64,000 nucleotides of DNA, from contig CM119382.1 in the NCBI GenBank assembly GCA_051294905.1, forward strand, positions 21,762,001-21,826,000. Reading direction: 5' to 3'. The stretch comes from Botryllus schlosseri (Eukaryota). The notes beneath the pieces were generated by a model. It searched no databases, was not told the origin of the DNA, and saw only the letters and a list, made by a program, of their open reading frames with translations. The position numbers and the translations under genes are program-made. Shown piece after piece: positions 37,301 to 50,500 of this stretch (position 1 is the stretch's first letter; every line of letters begins with the position of its first letter).

Positions 37301-40300
37301 AACTAGAAATTAGTACGCTGCTTGCATAAGTGCCATTGCAATGTTTCTTCGTGTGTTTCAGTGCTTTCCCTCGATGAAAGCAAGGTACACAGACTACAAC
37401 GGTTACCTTCACAATAAGCCAGTCATGTTTCAAACGTTTTTGTGAAGTAGCTATCTCTTGTTCGTTCTGTAGTATGTTACTAAACATATCCCGAATCAAT
37501 CTCAAATCATCATCTGCGGACCAAGCTACAATGCGCTTACAGATTCACCGCCGTTAGAAGACTCCTCGAACAGCTGATCAGCAAGCCGTCACCGTCGTAA
37601 TCATTCAGGCATAGCCGCTTACCCAATCAAGCGCCGTGATTTCATGATTACTAGTCTTCTCGCCGTTCTATGGTCGCTGGTACGCCCACTCTGTGGCAGC
37701 CACTTTCAAACGCATTCAGACAAATCTTAACGACTTTCCTGTGAGCTTATTGCAGGCTCATCGACGTTTTTTTATCAATAATCTATAGAATGAGAAATGG
37801 ATACGCAGGATTTGTGAGATTTTCCAAATTATGGACAACCCTAATAGCCATGTATCTTCATTTTTGGGTACTGGGCCATTACCGCGCCACGACTCACCAA
37901 GACATACAATCAAGTTTTAGGCCATATAACATGCGACTCCAAGAAGTCTGCCAGAACGATCGGCATCGAGAAAACCTTGGCCGAAAGGGTCTATGCCCTT
38001 ATGCTGACCAAAGACTTCGTTATATATACAAAATACATACAGTTTTAATTGTCCATAGGCGCCTAAATGACTGGCGCCGAATGTTCCTGTCTTTGCAATC
38101 TGAACCTCACAAGACAAATACCATCCCGCCGGGAAAAATTTATGCCAGTGAAGAAATACCAATTTGAAATCGTGTGCGTTTCTTAGTTTAGAAGCCTACG
38201 TTTGGGCGATTCTATATTTTTTGATATAGCAGACTGGAAGTTACGAAATAACATCATGTAACGAAGTCATATCAACGTTCAACGGGTCCGCCCGCCCGAA
38301 GATGCTTAATTATTATTTACGGGCCCTCCCGTTTTCAAGACACTTCACTCAGCTCTACCGATAAATCTAATTACGTGAGCAGAGAGGACAATAAATTGAT
38401 AGCATAATATATATGCAATCGCCGATCTGATTGACCGATTTTATCATAAATTATCGGAAATTTTCGCGCTTGGCGCTGGCTCACAATACAGTAAAAATGA
38501 TTTCGTGACAAACGCGAACAACGTGATGGAGGGGTCGTTTGATCACCCTGTGGGAGCCCAAGGCCCACGTTTTTGGGGGCCTGACGAGGTGCTGTTTCGT
38601 TCCTACCAACGAGTATAGGCCCGAAGATGTTTAATTATTATTGAGTGGTCCTACCTTTTCAAACACACCTCACTCAGCTCTACCGGCAAATCTGATTACG
38701 TGAGCAGAGAGAAGATAAAAATTGATGATAATATATATGCAATTCCTGATCATACTGACCGATTCAGTCATTAATTGTAGAAATTTCCCGCGCTTCGCGC
38801 GCTTAGGCGACAAAAGCTGATTCCCTACACAAACTCCCAACGCATATCATAAATAGCGGTAAACAGGGCATCGGCGGAGGGTGGTCTGGGGCGCGAAGCC
38901 CCCAGAAGTTCGGTCTATATTCCTATGGGGGCCCACGACCAAAGTTTTTTTGGGGGGCTGGCGAAGTGCTGTTACGACCCTGGGTATCACGATATCAAGG
39001 TAATAGTGTGAAAGCTGCATACATTTACACAAGGGGTCGCCAACTCAAAACGGGTCGAGAGCCACTTTTCAAAATTCGTAGAGGCCGCGGCCGAATGACT
39101 TCAGTATCAAGATAAAAAATAGGCAACGCAGTATAACAACCACGTATTGATAACTGTATACGTCAGTACAACGCTGTGCTCTCTAACGTGAGCGACGGGC
39201 ATAGTTACTACCAAAGAAATAATATTTCATTTAGGAAACACAAACACAACAAAAATATCATGATCATCACTTCCATTCCATTTTGAACTATGAGCTGCGC
39301 ACGATACCTGACAACACTCTTCGGCAACTAAAGCATAGGGGTGGCCAGCCATTTTTCTATTCACAGCCGCATGTCAATTATTTATGTATAGTCGTAATGA
39401 ACTAACTGGAGGCCAAGTATCCACTTTGAACTGTCCATGTCCATTGCCGGTAAACTCCGGACTGATCTATTTAGTCATATCGGCTTAATATGCGCACCGA
39501 TATCGTCAGTAGTCATGTTTTGAATAGCCACAGGGATTGGCTTTATGGACGCGCTAAGCGCGAAAATTTTGTGATACTCACGAGTGAATTTCGTTATTGA
39601 TATTAGTATAGTTTCACATATTACTATCAAATATTTATGCTTTTTCGTCCCATGTGATCAGATTCACCGGTAGAGTTGATGTAGGGATTGCGGTCTTCGA
39701 AAATTTAGGGAATTTATTAATGCTGCTGTGCATCTTTTTGGTGGGACAATTGTTATTAGCCTCATTTATTGCATGCTGTCATTTCTTGACCTCCCATCAG
39801 GATTGTCGCTAGGTATAGTGGGAACATATTGGATTCACCCAAACGTAGGCCTACCAGAAACAAATTTTCTTCGTGATGAGGAGAACACGATTACAAATTG
39901 GTGTTTCTTTATGGGGCACATCATTTTCCTCTGCTGTTCGCATCTGTACTGTAGGGCTCGGATTACAAAGGACACTACCATATCAAATAGAAAATCAACT
40001 CGCATTGAACAGCGCTTAGCACGAAGAAAACTTTAACAATAATTCAAACATCTGATGAAATAGGGAGCCAAATCAAAAATTGAAGTTGCATATTGACGGC
40101 CGCCAACACATCCTAGTCGAAATAAATGACGACGGCCGCTAAATTTTCATTCTACTGCCGGAGATTGGCCACCCCTGGACCAAAGAATCGATATGGGGTA
40201 AGCTAGGGTGAGGGATAGTGATATTAGACATAGGAAAATAGCTTACTTTGAACAACAACAAAAATACGTTTAAACTGAAATCAATTTCAGCGTTTTAAAA

Positions 40301-41581
40301 TGCTTTACTAAGCGTTATTCCGAAATTTCAAATCGGGTCGCGGCCTCGTTACAATACATGCAATCGAATAAAATTCTACGACGCCTTGTCGTGAACTTTT
40401 TCTTCAAACCATTTTGCCGACCTTATGTTAAGGCCCGTATTATAAAGAGAGGCTCGTATTTAAAGAAGTAGTTGTAATTCGCAGCGTTTCTTTTACTATT
40501 TATCAACAAGATATAATGCAGTCGAATGATTCATGTTATATAAAGTGCTCCAAATCACAGTCAAACTTATATTATACTTTGTTTCACAATATATCTGATT
40601 TTGCCAAGGTGCCACCCATAGTTTTAAAAATCCGCCGCTCTATTGGGTAAGTATACAAGAAATACCGCGGCGCTGTCAACAGGGGTAATAAAATGTAAAA
40701 AAAAGTATTTGGATATGTATTAAAAAAAACAATGTCCATAGTGGTAAAGAAAGAATGCAGATTTCTGTGGTTGAAATACACGTTTGACTATGTAATCACC
40801 GTTCGAGCATTCCGATTTGGCATTCAATTCCGAGCATTCCAATGGGGCTGTTCCTCTTCATTTTGAACACGCGGTATAGCGACAAAGGTAATTCAACCCA
40901 AATCCGTTTTGTTGCTATATGCTTTACTATGGGAATGAAATAAACATTAACCCTATATTTTCAATCGTCAATGTCAATCCACTATGACGTCAAAATTGAA
41001 TATTCGTGACGTCGTGGCCTTAAAAAAATACAAAACATGTTTTGAACAAGGGCCTTGTTTTAGACATGTTTGTCTTAAATTGATTTTTGTTTCAAATGCA
41101 ACCCTAATTGAAACAATGCAAACAGGACTCGAAGATCAAACCCAGCGTTTATCTGAAGTAATTGTGCGAACTTGGACTTGGCATGTGGTTAATTTCCATG
41201 ATCATTTCACTTAAAATATTGATTTGAGTGTGAAAGAGGGTAAGGCTGTCATATTCTTATTAAAAAGTACTGATCCGGCTCCAGACAAAAATGAAAAAAT
41301 CCGACCGGATATCCAATCCGGCTCCGGTCCATGCTCCACCCCAGCATATATAAGTGTTCAGGACGGTTTCGCTATTCAATGTTTCGCGACGATGCATTGC
41401 AGATACATCTTTGTAAACATTTTTGCAGATCTATGAGAATGATTCCTTCGGATTGAAGACCTTGGATAATGCGGGAAATATCGTAGAATGCGTGATTCCA
41501 GGTGTCGAACACACCAAATGGCACGGCGACGCAACTGTCTTCCACAAATGCATCGAGCCATTCCTTTGTGACTCGAAGTAG
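31327..41581 (+). CDS. PPT2: Lysosomal thioesterase PPT2, 6 exons, 301 aa. Exons: 31327-31488, 31724-31877, 33598-33693, 33756-33863, 35527-35759, 41429-41581
   Basis: All junctions GT-AG and phase-compatible (906 nt). Signal peptide, KPVIIIHG, catalytic GFSQG (Ser), [14 protein letters not shown] (Asp), GVEHTKWH (His), and PPT2-like [10 protein letters not shown] and DSFGLKTL. Confidence 0.95.
32960..33180 (+). mobile_element. LINE ORF2 C-terminal zinc-knuckle remnant in PPT2 intron 2
   Basis: [17 protein letters not shown], then after a frameshift [19 protein letters not shown]. Confidence 0.8.
36213..37848. mobile_element. Foldback/MULE-like non-autonomous element with about 220-bp TIRs in PPT2 intron 5
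   Basis: 36213-36442 is the reverse complement of about 37639-37848; flanks CATGTATA/CATGTATC. The left TIR has an extra 20-bp tandem copy. Confidence 0.75.
38295..38945. repeat. Diverged tandem duplication, unit about 325 bp
   Basis: CCCGAAGATG.TTAATTATTATT at 38295 and 38620; CACTCAGCTCTACCG..AAATCT.ATTACGTGAGCAGAGA occurs twice. Confidence 0.75.
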
Positions 41582-42456
41582 AAGAAGAATCACGATTATT
41601 ATGCAAAGGAGCAATGTGATTCTGGTTATATCTCGGATTCCACGACCTGGAAAATATAAAATCCGACAAGCATTTCTTATTGTATTATTTGGTTTTCACC
41701 CCTCCGCGATCTCCCTTTACTGCCTATATCTTCGTTCGCTTTCTAAACGCGTTTTCTGTTTTACTATTTTACATCCATTTTTCGATTTTATAAGAATAAA
41801 TACTCCAGACGTGTATGAATTGCTTCGCGAACCCGGACTTATATCGCAGTAACCGAAATAAATAGCTTATGTTGGGCCGAGGTTAAGTGCATGAACGATG
41901 AATGAGATGCATTGCAAGCTACATATGTGACTTTACACGAGATAGGCTGGTCACATATGTCAACCGAATTGCCTCCTGCTTTGTGAGGGTTTAGTGGACT
42001 AACGCCACAAGGGAATTCAGTCGTTAAATCGGACAGATCGTCGAACTTGAAGCATCGCGTATTGAACTTGGGGAACAGTTACTCGCGTTTTTATATCGGT
42101 CACGTCATATTTGGTAATACGGTCGTTGATATACAATCTTCTTTCCCGGTCTACTTTAGTTTCTAACGATTAACCCTGACGATTGACAGCCGAATATATT
42201 CGGGTATATTTCAATATGGATATACTATTCAATTGTATACTATAGTGTTCTGTACCTCCAGCGTCTCTTCAGAATCTTCTAACTTCGTCAATAGATTCGA
42301 CGAGGTTGTCAAGCGTCAAAACGAGGGCTGGTCGGTGAGGGATATATAGCTAGACGTCTAGACTACCAAATTTGACATAGGACTGAACGTGACATGCAAA
42401 CCGTGGGTATAATCGTAATCTGTATGTAACTTGTCATATATTTTTGCCGTAATCAT

Positions 42457-43378
42457 CAGTGTTGGGATGACTCGAGTCATGACTTGACTCGGGTCAGACT
42501 CGAGTCACCTGTTTCGTATGGTTTGACTTCACTCGAGTCACTTTGCTAAAATAACTTGACTTGACTTGACTCGGCTTATCAGAAATGTGGATTGACTCGT
42601 GACTCGGAGCAAGTATTCACGAGTCAATTTCAAGTCATCAAGTAATCGGTGTCAAAAAAATCACTGTATCTTGCATATGTTCGGATTTTTCGCAAAACGC
42701 TAGTGTAACTAGTGAGAACGATCAATCATTCAATGATCGTGCGTTTCACTGAGCCTACATTGTTCTCTTACAAATAAATTGAACGCAAACGAAGTGATAG
42801 AAGCTTACAGCTTACGTTGTCGTAAACTAGTAGTAAAGTAATAAAATAGAAAAATCTATTTTTATGCTCTCTGTGTTCTTACCTCAACCATTGGCGCAGG
42901 CTGGAATTGTATCTAATCAATTTGTAAATGGGTATTGTATTGCATCTTATCAATTCGTTTCTCTATTCTCTATTTTGGATGGTAAAGTGGTAACTATAAA
43001 CTGAGGCTATGCAATTACTTACTTAGTTTAACAGCTCTACGTATATGTGAGCGATAAAGCGCCTTCTTGCGTGTGTATTTAACTCTATATTCGTTCATCG
43101 GTTTGGAATCATGACCACTCAATCAGTATTTCAGACAGTTAGCAAAATGCAATGACGTAACCACGCCTCATACTTCGAAAAGGCAACTTGACTTGACTTG
43201 TGACTTGACTCGTGACTTGACTTGACTCGACTTGACTCGAGTCACCTCCAAAAATCGAGTGACTTGACTTGACTCGAGTGACCTTTGAAAATCGATTGAC
43301 TTGACTTGACTCGATTCAAAATGTGCAATGACTCGAAATGACTCGTGAGTCGAAGGTAGTGACTTGATCCCAACACTG
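42457..43378. mobile_element. hAT-type MITE, family A
   Basis: CAGTGTTGGGAT...ATCCCAACACTG; exact TSD GTAATCAT; collinear with 18805-19752. Confidence 0.92.
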
Positions 43379-44595
43379 GTAATCATACACGAGTGCTTTA
43401 CGTAATGAAGTTCTTCTACTGTTTTGGAGTACTGAGGTAGGCTTTGCCTGATTGCACTACTTATTGATGTGGGTATGACTTTGGTGTAATTCTAGGTCTA
43501 CGGTGTTTAGGCAAACTACATGATATTGTGGATTTTGTAAAAGTAAAAAGTATTTTTGGGATAAGTTTATATCACTTTTATGCGTTAAATTGTCTCAGTC
43601 ACAAATTGTTATCGCCATCACGGCAACTGCTGAATATATTTTAGAAGATTGTACCTAATTATAATAACATTAGTCATTTTGCATAAGTCGCGTAGATGAA
43701 TCTTGCACGAGGTAAAGTATTTACCTCTTGACTAACTGCCAAAACTATGGGAATTCATCACCATGTTTATTCTGTGCCACCATACTTGAGTACTTTTCAA
43801 ACCATCAATTTCTAAGTACACTCTAAGTAATTTTACGAAGCCTGGGAAATTACTTCGGTTACTGGTAATCAAATAGAAACATACGTAATTACTTCTACTT
43901 GAGTAGCAATACTGACCACTTTGAACAACTCTGTGTGTGTCATAAATTTGTTGGGAAGCAAGCGACAATATTACTTCACAGTCCTAATATTTGTGCTTTA
44001 TAGTATTTTAATGTATAAATTCCTTTTGGTCGTACAATGTCTGTCTGCAATGAATACATTTCCCTGTCGTAGCGGTAGATTACTGTGACATAATGCTGTT
44101 ATTACAAGTTCCATATGAAATCCTAATAATCAATTTCATTGACACGAGTCTTTATGGAGTCATAGGTTGTAATCTGCGGCACGCACCTTCAATGTCGTTA
44201 ATTAGGGCATTCACCAAGATGGATTCTATAGGGGATAAGCCGGAAATTCATTTGATTTTAATCTCTATCCCTGAGTGATATGTGAGTTCACGCATACGTT
44301 ATGCACTGTTCAGATACAGACGGATAATGATAAACTTTGTTATTCTCTCACGCGGCGAAGAGAATGGTCGAACATCTAAAATCGTATTTCTTATCAGTTC
44401 GGAAGCGTCTTATGTGATTAGATCGCATACTTTGTACAATGTACAAATTGTACAATGTACATGTTACCAATCCATTCCTCTTGCGACAGCTTCCCATCGA
44501 TTCTGACATTCGTACTAATGTTCCGAAATATAAGCAAATATATGTATAAAAAGTAATACGCATTCAAAGTGAATAAAATACATGAATAATTTGTT

Positions 44596-47500
44596 CTACG
44601 CTATCGGAATCGCTTGTAAGGTCTTCGGCCTGCTGTTGATTGGTTCGGATGTCGCCTTCCGTGCGCGATTTCCAGCAATGTAGCTACTTAAGAGCTCGCA
44701 TTCTTCTATCGATTTGAAACCCATGAGACCGTGCCTTCCTCGCAGTGACCGCGACGATTGCAACGGTATGTTAGGGCAGCGATTGCAGTAACTTTGTCCG
44801 TCCTTATCTTGGTAAAAACCCGGCGAACAAGGCATGCAAACCATGGCTGTCTTTATACGCGGCTTATAATATCCCTTAGAGCAATTGACGCAGGCGTCAA
44901 GCCCTCCGGTTGAGACCGCGGGAACTTTTCCGAAAGGACATTGTGGTGGTTTGGCATGCTCTCTGGGGGTTGATTCGCGTGGAGGTAATGTGGTATGAGG
45001 TATGCGCCGTTCAGTAGTGGAAGGCGTTGAAGAATGTAGGAAAATAGACACCGCGCTGGGTGTAACCGTGGTGCTAACGACAACAGACAGTTCGTTACCC
45101 GTCTGCAATCGATTATTTCTGATTTTCGCCTCTTTCAAGCGCATATCTAAAAAACACAAGACAGTCGATATAACTTACGAGATGTATCACGTTTGGTGGC
45201 AAGCAAATGTTTCATCGCAATCCATTGATGTAGTCGTGCTGCACACTCAGCCAAAAGAGTCTGTATTCATCATTGAATTGAAACACACTATAGTAAAAAA
45301 ATTCTATTCACTCGTTAACATGTCTTGTGAAATATTCGATCGACACCCCAATGAACGTTCTCTTTTCGTTTACCACCTTTGAGTGTGAATGCAGACGCCT
45401 CTGTTCCCTACGAGTAGGCTATGCATTTCATACTCACCCATACAGTCTGGTATTCGGTTATCTGGGGTCCACGAACCATCACTTCCGCAAACATATGGAG
45501 ATGGAACTTGCTCGAATGCGTAACCGGGATTGCAAGCTGGATCGCAGTATACACCTCGGGCCCAGGTCTGGCAGTTCGAATTTCCGTTAAGTGGCCCGGT
45601 TGGTGTCCCACATCGCCTCATAACCTGGCTCCGGGACGCAGGACCTTGGAAAGGAACAAAGGGATTGCTAACAATGACAGAAAACATCCAGTAACTCGGG
45701 AAAATTAACTGTTATTGTTCAAAATTTACGTTTAATGATAACCAGAAATGCACATTCCGCCATATTTCCTGCTGCATCGCTCGCCACGTACGATACACTA
45801 TATCGGCCCCATGTTATATTGCCTGACGGAAATCGTGACTCATTAACCGACACGACTCCCACATTGTCGCTGAAAAGAAAATGTTGGTGAGTGGATACAG
45901 TTAAACACTCAGCTCATCGAGCTGTTTCCACGGATTAGGTCTTACGTATTTACCTGAATACCGGACTCCTCCATAATCGTTCTGGATAGCGATGTGTCGA
46001 TTCGATATCTATTTTTCCCGGGCACTTTCTTATAGTGGGAGCTTCACGATCTAATTGTAAAAGTAGATAGGTAGATAAGTAGTAGATTTCACTTTCGATC
46101 GCTGCGATTTGTGAGAGCTAGGTGCTGTAGCCTACCTGTAAATGGTGAATGACGGGTTCAAGCACCAATTGATAAAATCCCCTATTAGTTATTGTGTAAG
46201 AGCAACTTACGAGATCACTATAAGTTGGCAAAAATGTGGTGATCAAATCAACGCAACAATATAAAGTACATCATCTAGTTCCATATCAAGTCGAGCCTAA
46301 ATATTCGTACACAGGAAAAGCGAAAGTATTCCGTTCTGTTCATGTATGGTTGGGGAAGGGCTATATAGCCTACACCCGGGGTAGCCTACTCATTATCGAC
46401 AAGCTCCCTTATGATCAATTAAGCTGTGCGCACGCATTTTCATACAGAAACCCACGCGACATGTAGCCTACACATGTCACACATAAAAAATATTAATACA
46501 GACCCAGGGATATCTAGAGCAGTGTTGGGATGACTCGAGTCACCTTTTTCGTATGACTTGACTTGACTCGAGACACTTTGATAAAATGACTTAACTTGGC
46601 CTTTCAGAAATGTGGATTGACTCGTGAATCGGAGCAAAATTCACGAGTCAATTTCAAGTCATTAAGTAATAGGTGTCGATAAAAATCACTGTATACTGCA
46701 TATGTTCGGATTGTTCGCCAAACGCTGGTGTAACCCGTGAACCTGATCATTTAATGATCGTGCATTTTACTGAGCTTCCATTGTTCGGTCACAAATAAAT
46801 TGACCGCAAACGAAGTGATCGAAGCTTACAGCTTACGGTGTCGTAAACTAGTATAGTAAACTAAATTCTGTTCTTTGTTTTTGCCTTAACTAAACCTATT
46901 GTTTTATTGGAACTGAATTCAAATATAGTTTATATAGTCCTCAACCATTGAAGCAGGCTCGAATTGTATCATAATGATTAATAAATGCGTAATGTATTCC
47001 ATCTTATCAATTCGTATCTATTCTCTATCTTGGCTGGTAACTATAAACTGAGATTTAGCAGTTCTACTTATATGTGATCGATACAGCGCCTTCTTGCGTG
47101 TATATTAAACTCTATATTCGTTCATCGGTTCAAAATCGATGACCAATGACCACTCAATCTGTATTTAAGACGGCTAGCAAAGTGCAATGACGTTATCGTG
47201 CCTCATACTTCGAAAAGGCAACTTGACTTGAATTGTGACTTGACTCGTGACTTGACTTGACTTGACTCGGGTCTCGTCCAAAATTCGAGTGACTTGACTT
47301 GACTCGAGTCACCTTGTAAAATCGATTGACTTGACTTGACTCGAGACAAAATGTGCAATGACTCGAAATGACTCGTGACTCGAAGGTAGTGACTTGATCC
47401 CAACACTGATCTAGAGTTCTAGATATCCGTGCCACAGACCATAGCGTAGGACTATATCACTCGGACAGCCCATACACCGCGAACAACACTTAACAAGTTT

Positions 47501-50500
47501 ACACTTGATGGATCTTAGTGTAGACATAACGTTACCGCCTATAACTTATGTCCGGGTGGATATCTCCCTATAGCTTATACCATAGGCGCCGACTTTTATT
47601 TTTGCATGGGGTGGCGGCAGGCACGTAGCCAGGGGTACATCGAAACCTCTTCCTTTTGAAATGATCATTCTGACGCTAATATTCAGTTGCCATTAAACAA
47701 GTCGTATCAGCAGTTTTACGCGGGGCTGCGACTAATAAGCGCGTATCGTCCAAAGTAATTATAGATAACTAATCTACGTAGGTTAGTTATCCATAATGTA
47801 ATGCGACGCGATCTCCCGCTGAATTTAGGTGATTGATGACCGCGCGCTCGGCATTCGTCGCCGGGCTGAGCAGTAACACTGCGCGATAACTATGGAACTC
47901 GAAAGACAGACAAGAATTATGATTACAAACTTGCACGGCCAATCAGTAATTATCACTTACCGCCAACACATCACGAAAATTGGTTGCTGATTAAAACATC
48001 GATTTTGACTGCATTGCTGCATTCCCCGATTTACGTTCGCAAAGCATAATTGGATTAATATTATGGGCACTGGAATAATTCCAACTACCAGTCACACACA
48101 ATAAACACTGTCCAACTTCGCGCCTCGAGAATATTTATCACAAAAATGATTCACAAAATAAATTAAACGCGGCTGGCGGCCCTCATCGATGCAAATAATG
48201 CACTTTCATTTGTAGAAGGTCAACGTATATTTGGTCGTCAAATCGCTATAGGAGATGAAGTTTCTCAGAACGCGCGATGAAATCTACGTTTCTAACGATG
48301 AGGTTGAATTTGTACATCTCATAAGGATCGTAAGTTTGCTGAAATTATAGCCTCAGTACGCTGTGCGAAATACATAATAGTGATCAATTTTATCGTACTG
48401 TACAATCGGCCGGCAAGGTTGTGCTGATAACGAAATTGTAGACATGCCGCAAACCTGCAATACTACAGGGTGCGCTAGTCATACCTAAATACCCTGATTC
48501 GGCAATGGCAACGAGCACAATTTGTTCATACGCGGGCATAAGTTTTAATGAAAAAGATACATAGACACAAACGATATTACACTCAGAGATTGTTACTGTT
48601 TGGTGAAAGCGTTTCTGCGGACGGTAGCAGGCCTGCATGCGGACGCGCTAAATCAAACCACCGCCGACAGTGCACATGAGATATCGATGACCCATTTCGC
48701 ATACAATTGATTCTCGCTAATTGTAGTACGCAGCATCGATAATACGAATTAGTGAATTGGCATTTCAAAAGGACGTGATTTCTAGTTATAAATGAGAAAC
48801 TCCCTGGCTACGCACCGGCGGTTCTAATCCCGACAACGCGCTGGTTAATATCAGCTTGGGGCCTACCGTAGGCTCCGATCAGCCAGTGGAATTTGATCGT
48901 AAAATGGTGCGGTTTTAAATATCCACGTGTTATTGCAGTACGAGCAATATGGCCGCATGTCGCTACCTTATCAATAGAAATTCATATCCCAAAGGTTTGA
49001 AATTCGATCCGCGATATGGTTGCGCTCGATAGAGTCCGTCCAGCAATGAAGTTCATTGGAACATAGAAGTTTCCCGTTCAAACTAATCGATTAAATTCAG
49101 AATTTGCGCCACCGATAATCTCGTGTTGCATCAATATTTGACAACGTAATTCAACGCAGTGCACTGCACAATGTGCAGTATTAATAACAAATCAAACGCT
49201 GACAAGTGACATCGAGGAAATACGAGTGTATAAAGCAGACAAGCATTAGTAGCCTACAGAAGATAGCAAACGAGAAAGCGCACATCTGACCAGTAATTCC
49301 TCAACTTGCATACAGCGCAATGGGGTTCCAAGTCTGACATCGCGACAATTGTATGCTCATTTTACCATGTCGAAATCGACGTGTAAACGAGGTTACTTCG
49401 ATTGTCTGATTACTAACCACGGAATACAATTTATTAGGGCATTTTAAGCACTAGTTCGTCGTCGCCGACGAAGCTGCGTATTTAATTATTCGCACGCGTA
49501 TCGGTTAATGGTAAATAGTTGGCATTTACATGCAATGCATTCACGGACTCGCTAATTGACAGCGCTGATAATTTGAAATTGCAGACGGCGGGAGTTTAAG
49601 TTTATTGTATGCGGTGGCTGCGCCACCCCGCCACCCTGCAACTCGGCGACTATGGCTTATACCACGAATATGAAAATGACCCTACCTCGTACACGAATGT
49701 GCATGTCACATGACGCGTTCTGCAATCGGTCAGCCGAGAAAGCGGTGAATGTCAAAGTAGTAATTCCTGCTGGAAAGAAATTCATTGATTCGATGCCATC
49801 ACTCCTTGCGTGCGTGGTGGTGTTCATGTTGGTAACCGGCCTGAAAACCTTACGAAAAATCCCATGGATTAATACAACAATGACACTTCAGTGTGACTCA
49901 ATAGTCATTTGAGCGATACTGCAAATGATTTTCTCCTGTTTTTATTCAACAAAACTCAATTCAACGGATTTATCATCGAGGCTGAGTCCTAACGACAAAA
50001 TAAATGATAACGGTGTGCTTTATTTATATATTTGAATCGCGGATAGCAAGACTAGGAAGGTAGCAATGTTATCATCACATATATATATTGCTTTCGTTTC
50101 CGTTTCATATTGTGATTAGCCCCGTTATGTAGGAAAACGTTCTCAGGAATAAAATTTCGTAAGATTATAGTAACACGACCAAGATCATGAGCTTTAAAGT
50201 ATGAAATACTATATAGGTCGGAGAAACAATTACTCACCCTTACGAGTGCACCGGACTGCCCTCGAGCGAGTCTCACATTCATGTCCAATGGACACTTGAT
50301 CCATGGTAAGTCGGGTTCTTCACTCGCTGCAAATGGTTTACATGAAATGTAGGGACATCGTAATAATGCTTCATATCCAAACTTTGAAATATGAAGAGGT
50401 TTGGCTATGTTTATGCGTATATAGCAGAGGTGGTCACTGGTCAGTGACGAAGTACTTCTACTTTTTCGAAGTACTCAAGTAGTTTTCCTCTACTTCTGGT

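Noticed and set aside
39030-40177. Additional hAT element with CAGGGGT..CC termini
   Set aside because: TIR-like ends are present but I found no matching TSD for either candidate left end, so boundaries are unsupported.
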